This document shows positions 37,581 through 48,181 of a DNA stretch of 64,000 nt, in pieces; positions within the stretch are counted from its first letter, which is position 1, and every line of letters begins with the position of its first letter. Source of the DNA: Microcoleus sp. (lineage in GTDB: Bacteria > Cyanobacteriota > Cyanobacteriia > Cyanobacteriales > Microcoleaceae); the NCBI GenBank assembly GCA_042408215.1, contig JAYFMW010000022.1, positions 35,974 to 99,973 on the forward strand, read 5' to 3'. The translations under genes and the position numbers were made by a program. The notes under the pieces were generated by a model. It saw only the letters and a list, made by a program, of their open reading frames with translations. It had not been told where the DNA came from and ran no database searches.

Positions 37581-39737
37581 ATGAAAAAAATGCTTTATTC
37601 ACTTTTGCCTAAATCTCAAATCAAAGTTCGGGTTTTAAAACAGTTAGCAGCCACTGTTTCGGCTGCCTTAGCTCTCAGTGCAATTAGCACTTTGAAACCC
37701 TCGCCAGTAACGGCTGCTGGCGATATCCCCCTAGCACAAACTCCGACTCAGCTAGCAGCAAAACCTCCCAAGTTGCTGCGGAGCCAGCTACCTCAAAATA
37801 CTGTTGCTGTGCAGACAGTGCAGATGGACTTATTGGATGGAATTATACCAATTGTTTTCGGCGGTGCGGTGCTGATTTGTATTCCGCTATTTTTTGGCGG
37901 ATTGGTGGTAATTGGCGATCGCGAAGTTGGCATTGTCAGTAAAAAGTTTAGCTTTGGTGGCAAGTCTTTACCCCCCGGTGATTTAATTGCCTTAAACGGA
38001 GAAGCTGGATATCAAGCTGATACTTTACCTCCCGGTTGGCACTGGGGTTATTGGCCTTTGCAATACAATGTTCGCAAAGAGTCTCTAACTGTGGTTCCAC
38101 AAGGTGAAATTGCTTTAATTATCGCCGCAGGCGGCGCGTCGATTCCGCCACAGCGGATTCTTGGTAAAATCACAGAATGCGACAATTTTCAAGATGCTCG
38201 CAAATTCCTTAAAAGCGGTGGGGAAAAAGGCAGGCAATTGGGGATTATTACTGGCGGCAGTTATCGGATTAATACCGCACTGTTTACGGTAATTACAGCA
38301 ACAAATGCTGCCAAACACGGGATGACAGCGGAACTGTTGAAATTGTACAAAATTGCCCCAGATAAAGTTGGAATTGTCACCACCTATGACGGTGTTCCGA
38401 TTCAAGATGGCGAAATTGCAGGCCCGATTATTCCGAATCACGATAACTTCCAAAACGCGCAGAAATTTATCACCGGCGGCGGGCGGCGCGGCTTGCAGGA
38501 ACAGGTTTTGCTTTCCGGTTCGTGGAACTTAAATCCTTGGTTTGTCGGGGTGGAACAAGCAGCGATGACTGAAATCCCGATCGGCTATGTTGGCGCTGTT
38601 ATTTCCTATGTCGGTAAAACGTCAGAAGATGTGAGCGGCGCTGCTTTCACTCACGGCAATTTAGTAAATGTAGGGAATAAAGGGGTGTGGATAACTCCTC
38701 TTTATCCGGGAAAACATCCGCTGAATACTCGCATTTTGAAGGTAGAGTTAGTGCCGACTACAAATATTGTTTTGAATTGGTCAAGTAAAACGGAACGGCA
38801 CAGTTACGATTCTCAACTTTCCTCTTTAACGGTGCGTTCTCGCGACGGTTTTGCCTTTGATTTAGAAGTAGCTCAAATTATTCACGTCGGCGCTTTGGAT
38901 GCTCCGAAAGTCATCTCTCGCGTGGGTTCGATGCAGAACTTAGTTGACCACGTTTTGCAGCCGACAATTGGGAATTATTTCCGCAATTCGGCTCAAGCTT
39001 ATTCTGTGTTAGATTTTCTCTCTGCAAGGAGCGATCGGCAAGCCGAAGCCGCGGAGTATATCAAAGCAGCTTTGCGTACCTATGATGTGCAAGCAATTGA
39101 TACTTTGCTCGGGGATATTTTGCCGCCCGCAGAGTTGATGCAAACTCAAACCGATCGCAAAATTGCTGAGGAACAATGCAAGACTTATGAAGTGCAGCAA
39201 TTAGCGCAAACTCAGCGGCAACAATTGGTGCGAGAAACGGCGCTGGCTGAGATTCAGCAAGAGATGGTCAAATCCGAGCAAGGTGTCAAGATTTCTGAGT
39301 TGAAAGCGAATTCTCAGGTGAAACAAGCTCAAGGCGAAGCTGAGTCGATTCGGGTGAAGGGAAATGCTCAAGCTGAAGCTTACCGCGCGGGTGTTGTTGC
39401 TTTGGGTGGTTCTGGTTATACGGCTTTGCAGTTAATGCAAATTATTGGCGATCGCCATGTGCGAGTTGTGCCGGATGTTGCTGTTAGCGGCAGCGGTAGC
39501 AGTGGGGGTTTAGTTGATGGTTTGCTGGGGATGATGATGTGGAATCAAACTAGCAAAAATGGAGAAAATGGTGGGGAATTACCTGTAGTTAAGTTACAGA
39601 AATCGGAGCCTGCTGTTTTGGAATCTGCGGCCAAGTTGCCGATAGCAAAGGTGCAATCTCGCGCTAATTCGCCCGTTGCTAAGTCTGAGGCTGATATTGA
39701 TTCGCTGTTTGATGAATTGCCGTTTGACGATCTTTGA
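37581..39737 (+). CDS. SPFH/band 7 (flotillin-like) membrane protein, paralog 2
   Basis: Co-linear with 13750-15846 (ADTLPPGWH, GGRRGLQEQV-LSGSWNLNPWFV, GNYFRNSAQ). Confidence 0.85.
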   Translation: MKKMLYSLLPKSQIKVRVLKQLAATVSAALALSAISTLKPSPVTAAGDIPLAQTPTQLAAKPPKLLRSQLPQNTVAVQTVQMDLLDGIIPIVFGGAVLICIPLFFGGLVVIGDREVGIVSKKFSFGGKSLPPGDLIALNGEAGYQADTLPPGWHWGYWPLQYNVRKESLTVVPQGEIALIIAAGGASIPPQRILGKITECDNFQDARKFLKSGGEKGRQLGIITGGSYRINTALFTVITATNAAKHGMTAELLKLYKIAPDKVGIVTTYDGVPIQDGEIAGPIIPNHDNFQNAQKFITGGGRRGLQEQVLLSGSWNLNPWFVGVEQAAMTEIPIGYVGAVISYVGKTSEDVSGAAFTHGNLVNVGNKGVWITPLYPGKHPLNTRILKVELVPTTNIVLNWSSKTERHSYDSQLSSLTVRSRDGFAFDLEVAQIIHVGALDAPKVISRVGSMQNLVDHVLQPTIGNYFRNSAQAYSVLDFLSARSDRQAEAAEYIKAALRTYDVQAIDTLLGDILPPAELMQTQTDRKIAEEQCKTYEVQQLAQTQRQQLVRETALAEIQQEMVKSEQGVKISELKANSQVKQAQGEAESIRVKGNAQAEAYRAGVVALGGSGYTALQLMQIIGDRHVRVVPDVAVSGSGSSGGLVDGLLGMMMWNQTSKNGENGGELPVVKLQKSEPAVLESAAKLPIAKVQSRANSPVAKSEADIDSLFDELPFDDL

Positions 39738-39824
39738 GTTAGGCTGTGCAGTTTGTAGTGAGGACGACCGTCCTCTCTTAAAGCTTTTAGTCAATCAGGA
39801 CTAAATTCCTTACTACAAACAATT

Positions 39825-40244
39825 TTAGGCCGCATTACCAACAACTTGATGCAGTGGAAAGAAAACAGCCGGCGAGACACTGAAAAACTCTGCAAGTTTT
39901 TGTATGTGTTCTGTTGTAAGTTGACGCTTTTCATGGAGGATATCTGAGACAATAGACTCGGTTTTAAAAATAGGAACTAGGTCTTTTTGTCTCAGGTCAA
40001 ATTCTTCTATTAAAGCCTTCAACAGTTCTACTCCGTAAATGTCAGGTATGGGTTCTAAAGTTTGCTCGTATTCATAAACCAGAGTTCCAAGTACGTTTAG
40101 ATAGTCACGTTCGTCTGAAGTCAGTTCGCCTTTGTCCAACAGAGAATCGATCGCTTTTTGAGTTGCAATTAATTCCTCCTCAGCAGTTATGGGTCGCGGC
40201 GGAAATGTTTTGAGTAGTTCGATATAAGCGCTAGAATTTTTCAT
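39825..40244 (-). CDS. higA: HigA-type antitoxin (HTH)
   Basis: PRPI--EEE, L-TLV-EYE, QKDL--IF--ES-VS-IL--KR-LT. Confidence 0.88.
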   Translation of the reverse strand: MKNSSAYIELLKTFPPRPITAEEELIATQKAIDSLLDKGELTSDERDYLNVLGTLVYEYEQTLEPIPDIYGVELLKALIEEFDLRQKDLVPIFKTESIVSDILHEKRQLTTEHIQKLAEFFSVSPAVFFPLHQVVGNAA

Positions 40245-40281
40245 GTGAGTATGCAAGATTAAGAAAGTAGAACACGATCGT

Positions 40282-40361
40282 TAGACATCTCCAGAAAAGC
40301 CTGTAAAGGGCAGGCAGGATGCCTAACCCCTACTCCCGACAATAATTATTCGAGATGTCTA
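40282..40361. mobile_element. 80-bp miniature inverted-repeat element between higB and higA
   Basis: TAGACATCTC...GAGATGTCTA with TA at both ends; related copy at 48600-48670. Confidence 0.8.
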
Positions 40362-40667
40362 TTCATACCACGGGTCTTTTTTCCATTGATCTTCGTCGTA
40401 TTCTTCATGTGTAAGTACAGCTCTAATAAAAACTTTTTTAGGTTTAAATTCATAATCTATGAAAGTAATCAGTCTGTAATTATTACCTCTGATGTTAAAG
40501 ACAGTAAAGTTACCAACTCGATCGGCAGAGGAAAAAACTGATTTCACTTCAGCTAGATTTGACCACTCGGCTATTGTCGCAATTTTGTACCAATAGCGCA
40601 GGCTTGTTTCGGCATCAGGATGCTTTTCCCAAAATTTCCTGAGCGCTGATTGAGAGATAACGTGCAT
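40359..40667 (-). CDS. higB: HigB-type toxin (mRNA interferase)
   Basis: MHVIS--ALR-FW--HP, VFNI-GN-YRLI, LTH-EYD. Confidence 0.9.
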   Translation of the reverse strand: MHVISQSALRKFWEKHPDAETSLRYWYKIATIAEWSNLAEVKSVFSSADRVGNFTVFNIRGNNYRLITFIDYEFKPKKVFIRAVLTHEEYDEDQWKKDPWYE

Positions 40668-40810
40668 ACAGTTCCTGGATAACAAATAAATTTACGCATC
40701 GATGAGGCTCCCGCTAGAATCGTTTTAATGTTATCTTAGCAAATTGCGAAGTGATTTGTCAACTCCGATCGCAGTACAATTGATGAATATTGCATCTGAG
40801 GAATTTACCC

Positions 40811-41095
40811 ATGTCAGAACCGTTTTCTACTGAGATTAGCGATCGCATCTGCACCCACATGAACGAAGATCACCCTAGTGCTGTAGTGCTTTACGCTCAA
40901 GCATTTGGCGACAAACCGGATGCAACCGCAGCTCAAATGCTGGCTATTGATGCCAATGGCATGGATTTAACCGCTGAAGTCAATGGCGAAACTTTGCCTG
41001 TTAGAGTTAAATTCGAGCGCACTTTAAAAGACGCCGAAGATGCTCACCACACTCTGATTGAAATGGTGAAACAAGCTCGAAAAGTAGCAAAATAG
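40811..41095 (+). CDS. DUF2470 domain protein
   Basis: RIC-HMNEDH, M-AID--GMDL, L--M. Confidence 0.85.
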   Translation: MSEPFSTEISDRICTHMNEDHPSAVVLYAQAFGDKPDATAAQMLAIDANGMDLTAEVNGETLPVRVKFERTLKDAEDAHHTLIEMVKQARKVAK

Positions 41096-41236
41096 CCAAC
41101 GGTCTCCTCTTCTGTTATAATGGGAAGGTTCGTAGTAAGGAATTTAGTCCTTTTAAATATTTTATAATGACTTTAGTCCTTACTACAAACAGTATTTTTT
41201 ATCCAACTTAAACGGCACTCTAAAATATTAAATAAA

Positions 41237-42853
41237 ATGACAGAAAATTCCCTCCAACCCAAAGCAGGCGATGCCGTCGGCGGTCAAAATAATCCATTTG
41301 AGGCACTGACAAGACAGCTAGATTTGATGATTCGCGCGCGCTATCCGCTGCTGTACATTGTGGGCGCGGAAGAGGAACCAGTCGAAGCCGTAATTGACCA
41401 AGTTGCGCTGCAAGTAACTCCCGCACGCCGGGTATTGCGGTGGGATATCGTGCGCGGCTGGGAGGACAACGGCTCCGGGAAAGGCTCAGCAATGGCGGCG
41501 CTCGATCGCATCGGCAAGACTGCTGTGGAAGAATATACCATATTTGTGTTGCGGGACTTGCACCCAGTTTTGAAATATCCCTACACGGAAAAAAATGCGC
41601 CTGTCGTGCGGGAATTACGCAATTTAACGCGGGAATTGAAGCGCAGCAAGAAAACGATCATTTTGACTTCTCACGCGCTGGAATTGCCGGAAGAATTGAA
41701 AGAAGAAGTAACAGTAATTGATTTTCCTTTGCCCAACGTTCAGGAAATCAATTATTTAATTTCCCACGTTGTGGCTAAGCCGGAACAGTTACAAGTTACG
41801 GGTTTAGCAAGGGAACAGTTAGTTAAAGCTTGTCAAGGTTTGAGTCGCGCCAGAATCGGACGATTTTTAGCTAAAGCTTTGGCCGCCAAACAGCAAATCA
41901 ACGAATCAGATATTGACGGAGTTTTGGAGGAGAAACAGCAAGCAATTCGCCAAACTGGAATTCTGGAGTTTGTGAATTCCCGAGAATCCCTCAAAACAGT
42001 GGGCGGATTGGATAATTTGAAGCAGTGGGTAAAGATGCGGAAAGATGCTTTTACTGATGAAGCCCGAAGCTATGGCATACCGAATCCTAAAGGCGTTTTG
42101 TTAGTAGGAATTCAAGGTACTGGCAAATCTTTATCAGCGAAAACAATCGCCTCGGAATGGCGTTTGCCGCTGTTGCGGTTGGATACTGGGAGGTTGTTTG
42201 GTGGCCTGGTTGGGGAAAGCGAAAGTCGCGTCAGACAGATGATCCAATTGGCCGAGGCGATCGCACCTTGCGTTTTGTGGATCGATGAAATAGATAAAGC
42301 TTTCGGCAACATTATTAGTGGCGGCGATGGCGATTCGGGAACGTCGCGCAGGGTATTCGGTAGTTTGATTACTTGGATGCAGGAAAAAACCAGTCCGGTG
42401 TTTATTGTCGCCACTGCAAATAACGTGCGGATTTTGCCGGCAGAGTTACTCAGAAAGGGAAGATTTGATGAAATTTTCTTTCTGAATTTGCCTTCAGAAT
42501 TGGAACGACAAGACATTTTTCAAGTACACTTACAGCGGGTGCGGCCGACTAGATTGCGGGAATTCGATCTGGGAGTTTTGGCGAAGCGCGCTGAGAATTT
42601 TAGTGGTGCAGAAATTGAGCAAGTGGTGATAGATGGATTGTATCGGGCCTTTGGAACCTTTGTAAACGGGCAGCGCCGAGATTTGACGACGGAGGATATT
42701 TTGAGGTCCATCGAGGATACTGTACCTCTAGTGGCGATCGCGCGATCGCAAATCGAAGATTTGAAGCGCTGGGCGGCGGAAGCAGGAGCGAGAACAGCAT
42801 CTAACGATAGTCAATTAATTGATGAATTAAAACGCTATAGCAATCCTAAATGA
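41237..42853 (+). CDS. ycf46: Ycf46-type AAA+ ATPase
   Basis: RARYPL-YI---EE, G-QGTGKS, WIDE-DK, LLRKGRFDE. Confidence 0.88.
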   Translation: MTENSLQPKAGDAVGGQNNPFEALTRQLDLMIRARYPLLYIVGAEEEPVEAVIDQVALQVTPARRVLRWDIVRGWEDNGSGKGSAMAALDRIGKTAVEEYTIFVLRDLHPVLKYPYTEKNAPVVRELRNLTRELKRSKKTIILTSHALELPEELKEEVTVIDFPLPNVQEINYLISHVVAKPEQLQVTGLAREQLVKACQGLSRARIGRFLAKALAAKQQINESDIDGVLEEKQQAIRQTGILEFVNSRESLKTVGGLDNLKQWVKMRKDAFTDEARSYGIPNPKGVLLVGIQGTGKSLSAKTIASEWRLPLLRLDTGRLFGGLVGESESRVRQMIQLAEAIAPCVLWIDEIDKAFGNIISGGDGDSGTSRRVFGSLITWMQEKTSPVFIVATANNVRILPAELLRKGRFDEIFFLNLPSELERQDIFQVHLQRVRPTRLREFDLGVLAKRAENFSGAEIEQVVIDGLYRAFGTFVNGQRRDLTTEDILRSIEDTVPLVAIARSQIEDLKRWAAEAGARTASNDSQLIDELKRYSNPK

Positions 42854-43221
42854 GTCGTAAAGTTTTTTACCCCACCCCAACCCTCCCCTTATTAAGGGGA
42901 GGGAGTAAGAAATTCACAAATGATTTAGGATTGCTATAGCAATCAACAAGGAAAAGATCTGTAGTAAGTAGGTAAGCACAAAAAAAACAATCATATCTTA
43001 TAGCTAAAGTCAATGATAATTCCCAGATTCCTGCATTCTCGACAAGCACAAAAAGCCGTTAGGGATTTAAACCCACGGGGTTTTTAGCTAAAGTCGGTTA
43101 AAACCGAACCTCCATAGACGGATACCACCCTAATTGAAAGATTCACATCCTCGTTACATTTCGTTACTATAAGGAAACAGAGAGAAAAAACCTCTCCCCC
43201 ATAAAATCAGAGGTAGCCATT

Positions 43222-44325
43222 ATGAATGGTACATTTCGCGTCGGCAACCTGTTTGGAATACCCTTTTACATCAACGCATCTTGGTTTTTAGTCCTAGGCT
43301 TAGTAACCTGGCAGTACGGCGGCCAATTAGCCTTTCTGTTTCCCGGACTCGGCCCCGTAGCGCCCTGGATGTTAGGATTATTCACAGCAATTCTGTTATT
43401 TGCTTCCGTTTTAGCCCACGAATTGGGACATAGTTGGGTAGCCATCAAACAGGGAATTGGCGTGAAATCAATATCGCTATTTCTGTTTGGCGGACTGGCA
43501 AATTTAGAAAGAGAATCAACAACTCCCGCTGAGGCATTTTGGGTGGCGATCGCAGGCCCGCTAGTCAGCCTATTTTTATCCGGTTTGTTAACAGCAGTAG
43601 GTATCGGTACTGCGGCCACAGGCCCCGCAGCCGCCATCCTCGGACTGTTAGCTTCTATCAACTTAGTCCTAGCCTTATTTAACCTGATCCCCGGTTTGCC
43701 CCTAGACGGCGGTAACATCCTCAAAGCGATCGTTTGGAAAATCACCGGCAACCCTTACAAAGGCGTAATTTTTGCTAGCCGCGTCGGTCAAATTATTGGC
43801 TGGATTGCCATTGCTACAGGAGTATTCGGCAATATCTGGAATCTAGTAATCGGTTGGTTCTTGTTGCAAAATGCCGGTCAATCTGCACAGTATGCTACAG
43901 TGCAAAATCAACTAGCAGGGCTGACAGCCGCAGATGCTTTAACCCCCCAAAGTCCGATAGTCTCAGAAAACTTGTCCCTCAGAGAATTTGCTAACAATTA
44001 CGTAATTGGTAACGCTCAAAACTGGCATCGGTATCTGGTAACAGATGATGCAGGACAATTGGTAGGTGCGATCGAGCTTGACGACATCAAAACCATTCCC
44101 ACCTCCCGTTGGCCGCAAGTTCTAGTCAAAGAACTCTTAAAGCCGATCGAATTTTCCGCCACCGTCGAACCAGAATTATCCCTCCTCGAAGTCGTCACAC
44201 TCCTGGAAACACTCAAAGTACAAGAACTCCCCGTCATGCACAACAACGGCGTGCTCGTCGGACTTGTAGAAAAAGCTGAAATTGCCCGCCTGCTTCAAAG
44301 ACGAGCTCAAGCCAACCCTGCTTAA
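43222..44325 (+). CDS. Site-2 protease (M50) with CBS domains
   Basis: HELGH, NLIPGLPLDGG, C-terminal CBS pair. Confidence 0.92.
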   Translation: MNGTFRVGNLFGIPFYINASWFLVLGLVTWQYGGQLAFLFPGLGPVAPWMLGLFTAILLFASVLAHELGHSWVAIKQGIGVKSISLFLFGGLANLERESTTPAEAFWVAIAGPLVSLFLSGLLTAVGIGTAATGPAAAILGLLASINLVLALFNLIPGLPLDGGNILKAIVWKITGNPYKGVIFASRVGQIIGWIAIATGVFGNIWNLVIGWFLLQNAGQSAQYATVQNQLAGLTAADALTPQSPIVSENLSLREFANNYVIGNAQNWHRYLVTDDAGQLVGAIELDDIKTIPTSRWPQVLVKELLKPIEFSATVEPELSLLEVVTLLETLKVQELPVMHNNGVLVGLVEKAEIARLLQRRAQANPA

Positions 44326-44356
44326 TCCCCTGGGATAGGCGGGCCAATCACAGTTT

Positions 44357-44397
44357 ACCCCTCGATCGCCCGATTTTTTGGGCGATCGGGGGGTTTA
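44357..44397 (+). terminator. Probable intrinsic terminator
   Basis: CCCCTCGATCGCCC...GGGCGATCGGGGGG hairpin followed by TTT. Confidence 0.55.
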
Positions 44398-44503
44398 ACT
44401 GTAGCTTTAAAAAAGAAAAGTTCGGCAATAAATTATTAGCTGCAAATCAAGGAGAATAACTATAATATATTAATCCAAATTAATCCAACTGAGCGAGGAC
44501 ACT

Positions 44504-45889
44504 ATGCCATCTCAGGACTTTTCCCCTCAACCCACAACACAAGAGTCACAACTTCTACATCCTCTCACAAACAATACATTGCCCGAGGCGACAGCAGCTC
44601 AACCAAAAGCTAAATTAAACAATTCAGCTCCTACTGTTGGCGCAGCTCAAGATATCATTTACAAATTTTTTATGAATCTGACTCAAAAATATGAACCAGA
44701 ACTCGTTTTGCAGCAATTTAAAAACTTATTTATCGAACAGATTGCTCCGGTAGAACCCAAATTCATTCAAGCCATACACACAATAATTGATTGCGACAGC
44801 CAACTAGAATTTAATAACTTATTTAAACGGTGCTGCTACATTTTATTAAATAACTGGATCGCTCATAGAAAATATCAACTTCCTCAAGACTTAATTAAAA
44901 TTATTAGCCAGAGAAACCTCGGCGAACCCGATGGGGACAATTCTCTCAAACTACTGAGAGTTTGGCTGACAAACTTTGTCAACAGCCCAGAATACGAAGA
45001 GCTGAAGGTATTTGTATTTAAGCAGGAAAATCCGTTTCAAAATCACTGGACTTCTCGCTACCAGCCTTACTTGCTAGCAGCTCAATATCTAGATCCTAAC
45101 AACACCCCCAAACAACGCCAAACTGCCAGACTATTGTCGCAGCAGCTCAAAGACAAGTACAAGTTCGATCTGGCCATGTATACATCTCGCTCTCAGTCGG
45201 CTGCCTTCAAATTTAAAGGTTATTATAATCCCACACTTTTAGGAGATGAAGCCCTGCGTTTAATCAAAATAATCTTGGTTAACCGGGGCTCCATGAGTTA
45301 TCGAAACTTAGCCAATATTTTTCTGAGTCAGACTCAAGATATTACCTACAAACAGTTTAAGAAAAATCTGATTAAGTATTTATTTTATTATGGTGACAAG
45401 TTTTATTCTACAGACTTGATTAGAGACAAAATCATTAATTGTTTAGAAAATTGTTCTCCAGAAAATGACGAAAACAATCTGAATAACAGCCTGCTGCTCA
45501 GAACTTGCAATTATCTGATCAAATGTTTCACTGTGGAAAATTCAGGGGAACCTAGCGCCTTATTTTTAATATGTGCTACCCAAATAAATCCTTTAAAACT
45601 CGCAATTTTAATGCTAAAGATAATTTTAATTTCGCCCTATTCTCGAAGATATTTAGAACTTTGTTTTGCCAGGTTAATCGAATACTATCAAGATCGAACT
45701 ACCGCCGAATGTCAGTGGCTAATTAACTTTTTTGAAGTTTCCCAGATCGCCCTAACTATTTATGGAGATACTGTTCAATATAACCTGGTAAATATGTCAG
45801 ATAAGCATCAAGAAGAACAGTTGATTACTGACCTGAATAACTGTCGAATTTTTTCTCAACATAAACCTTTGAAAAAAAAGCCAGATTAA
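44504..45889 (+). CDS. Hypothetical cyanobacterial protein (461 aa)
   Basis: Long ORF with a good RBS (GAGG); RCCYIL-NNW and NPTLL motifs; no family recognised. Confidence 0.75.
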   Translation: MPSQDFSPQPTTQESQLLHPLTNNTLPEATAAQPKAKLNNSAPTVGAAQDIIYKFFMNLTQKYEPELVLQQFKNLFIEQIAPVEPKFIQAIHTIIDCDSQLEFNNLFKRCCYILLNNWIAHRKYQLPQDLIKIISQRNLGEPDGDNSLKLLRVWLTNFVNSPEYEELKVFVFKQENPFQNHWTSRYQPYLLAAQYLDPNNTPKQRQTARLLSQQLKDKYKFDLAMYTSRSQSAAFKFKGYYNPTLLGDEALRLIKIILVNRGSMSYRNLANIFLSQTQDITYKQFKKNLIKYLFYYGDKFYSTDLIRDKIINCLENCSPENDENNLNNSLLLRTCNYLIKCFTVENSGEPSALFLICATQINPLKLAILMLKIILISPYSRRYLELCFARLIEYYQDRTTAECQWLINFFEVSQIALTIYGDTVQYNLVNMSDKHQEEQLITDLNNCRIFSQHKPLKKKPD

Positions 45890-46014
45890 TTGGTGATGGG
45901 TGATTGGTGATGGGTGATTGGTGATTGGTGATGGGTGATGGGTGATTGGTGATGGGTGATTGGTGATGGGTGATTGGTGATTGGTGATTGGTGATTGGTG
46001 ATTGGTTATTGGTT
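45890..46014. repeat. Heptamer STRR tract (TGATTGG/TGATGGG)
   Basis: Tandem 7-mers. Confidence 0.92.
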
Positions 46015-46089
46015 ATGATCTAGCAACCCGATCGCTTCCACCGGACGTGATTAATTGCTGAAACCATTGCTGGGAATTGCCCGATCGCA

Positions 46090-46661
46090 TCGACTGATTT
46101 TTACCCGCTCAGCTTCGCCGCTATAGCCTTCTGACTTCAACATCCGGCAGATATTGCACCATTGTCAATCAGGCTTTCAGGGGCGGGCTATCAGAGCCCA
46201 CCCCACAAGAAAATTCACTCTTGGTGGAACAGGCTTTCCCGCTTGTTCCACCAAGAGGTACTCTTCGGTCAGATTCATCCCTATGGTTTTACTCTCAGGA
46301 TCGATCGCTACCAAAAAATTAGGGCAATTTTCGAGTAGAGTCAAGTTTATATCCCGCTCTGGGCGGCTCATTTTTTCAGCTTGCTGGCGCTGCTCAATTT
46401 CGAGTTCCAAACGAGCATTGATTTCGGATAACTCGATCGTGCGCTGAGCTACTTCGATTTCTAGCGTTCGGTTGTAGTCGGCCCATATTTGCGATCGTCC
46501 GTTGGCGATCGGTTAGAGCTTGAAAAACATTTGCGAAGGGAGAGATAGCCAAATAGGCCCACAGTGCCGACTATTTGCACGACAAAGGATGGGATTAGAA
46601 CCAAGCGCAGGGGATTTTTGGCGATCGTGCGCGAAATGTGGCTCCCATCTGAAAGCGACAT
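46090..46661 (-). pseudogene. Collapsed remnant of a membrane sensor/PAS (possibly GGDEF) signalling gene
   Basis: PLRLVL...VQIVGTVGL-GYLS N-terminus, EVAQRT-EL coiled coil, LLEN-P-FLVAID PAS start, a REP insertion and an AK--GKN-like tail, in different frames. Confidence 0.6.
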
Positions 46662-46927
46662 AGGCTGCTAACTAAGTGCTACCTATTACTTTACCTGTTC
46701 CGGCTCGATCGTATTTGCTCATCACCTCTGCTTCGTTTCCAGGGCTTTGAAAAGGCAATAAATCTATGGCATTTGAGCAAGTGCTTTTCCCGCCAACAAA
46801 AAAAAGATCGGGCTGATTCATTATTTCCGCAATCCCAACCCGTTTAACAGCTATACAGAAAATTCCCCGCTTGCCTTTACGGGTATAGCGAGGAGTGAGA
46901 ATAGGTATTCTCGGGAAACATCAAGGT

Positions 46928-46957
46928 TGGCAGTGGCTTTGATCGAGCCATTGCCAT
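46928..46957. terminator. Strong hairpin downstream of cyAbrB
   Basis: TGGCAGTGGCT-ttgatcg-AGCCATTGCCA. Confidence 0.5.
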
Positions 46958-47042
46958 CTTTATAAGTGATACTGTTTTAGGCGCGCCCAGAGCGATAACA
47001 GAGCCAACTCTAATCCTTGAAGTCAAAGCAAGTAGTAAGTGC

Positions 47043-47429
47043 TTAGGCTACATCTTCTTGATCGATTTGGCGCAGGTGAATGTGCTTGCGTCCCAGAGAG
47101 ATTTCAAATTCATCTCCTGGCTGGAGTTCCATCTGTTTGGTGTAGGCTGCTCCAATCAGTAAGTTGCCGTTAGATTGAACGCTAATCCGATAGCTAGCCG
47201 AGCGTCCGCCTCGTCCGTTGCCGTTTTGCTTGCCGTCTAGCTGAATGCCCTCAGCATCAATCAGGGCATTCAGGAATTTCATCATGTTGACCCGTTCTAC
47301 TCCATTTTTGGTAATGGTGTAGTAGCCACAGGCTCTAGCTTTTTCTTCCTTGGTAAGGTTCTCTAGGTCTTTGACCTTTTTGATCAGACCTTCGCCTTCG
47401 AGGGTTTCGATATTTTTCTTTTTAGCCAT
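47043..47429 (-). CDS. Cyanobacterial AbrB-like regulator (clade B, cyAbrB2/CalB-like)
   Basis: CGYYT-TKNG-ERVNMMKFLNALIDAEG, SYRISVQSNGNLLIG-AYT. Confidence 0.9.
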   Translation of the reverse strand: MAKKKNIETLEGEGLIKKVKDLENLTKEEKARACGYYTITKNGVERVNMMKFLNALIDAEGIQLDGKQNGNGRGGRSASYRISVQSNGNLLIGAAYTKQMELQPGDEFEISLGRKHIHLRQIDQEDVA

Positions 47430-47692
47430 ATACTGAGTCCTGAAATATTCAACTGGTGTACGTTTTTTTTCTCGGTTGCTTTTTGGTTTGGCCAAGAAAC
47501 TTTAGCTTTATAGCTGGTCATAAAACCATATTACACCGATCGGCCCGAATGTTAACCACTATTATCTAAATATTTTTAACAATGTGCAGTCTTTCTTGAG
47601 GAGTAGCTGTCGATGCAAGCAATCTCTAAACTCTGTAGCTTATGCTATCAGCTATCATCTAGCTGAATATTTGCCCCCAATCTTAAAATCCG

Positions 47693-48136
47693 ATGAAGTT
47701 AACCGCACGCGGACACTACAGTGTCAAAGCTCTACTGGATCTAAGTTTGCAACCTCGGTTTGGTCCGACATCGGTGAAATCGATCGCGAAGCGACAGGAG
47801 TTACCGGCTCCCTATCTCGAAAAATTGCTGATTGAAATGCGACGTGCCGGTTTAGTCCAATCAGTTCGAGGTTCCCAAGGAGGGTATCAATTGGCCCGCG
47901 ATCCCGCTCAAATCTCTTTAGGACAAATCTTAGAGGCTGTAGGTGAAACTATTGAACCTTTACCTCGACATTCTCCTGACGCATCCCTTGCTGAGGACTG
48001 GGTAACATTCAGTTTGTGGAACCGACTGCACAAAAAACTTGCCGAAGCGCTGTACAGTATTTCTCTCGAAGACTTATACTATGATGTCCGAAGTTGGCAA
48101 GCAGCCCTTGGGGAAGAAACCAGCTTTATCATTTAG
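47693..48136 (+). CDS. Rrf2 family transcriptional regulator (no Fe-S Cys ligands)
   Basis: MKLT-RGHY-VKAL, YLEKLL, SVRG--GGY-L. Confidence 0.9.
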   Translation: MKLTARGHYSVKALLDLSLQPRFGPTSVKSIAKRQELPAPYLEKLLIEMRRAGLVQSVRGSQGGYQLARDPAQISLGQILEAVGETIEPLPRHSPDASLAEDWVTFSLWNRLHKKLAEALYSISLEDLYYDVRSWQAALGEETSFII

Positions 48137-48181
48137 ATGGTAAGCTCAAACTCTTCGACAACATACTGATCGCCTGTCAAT

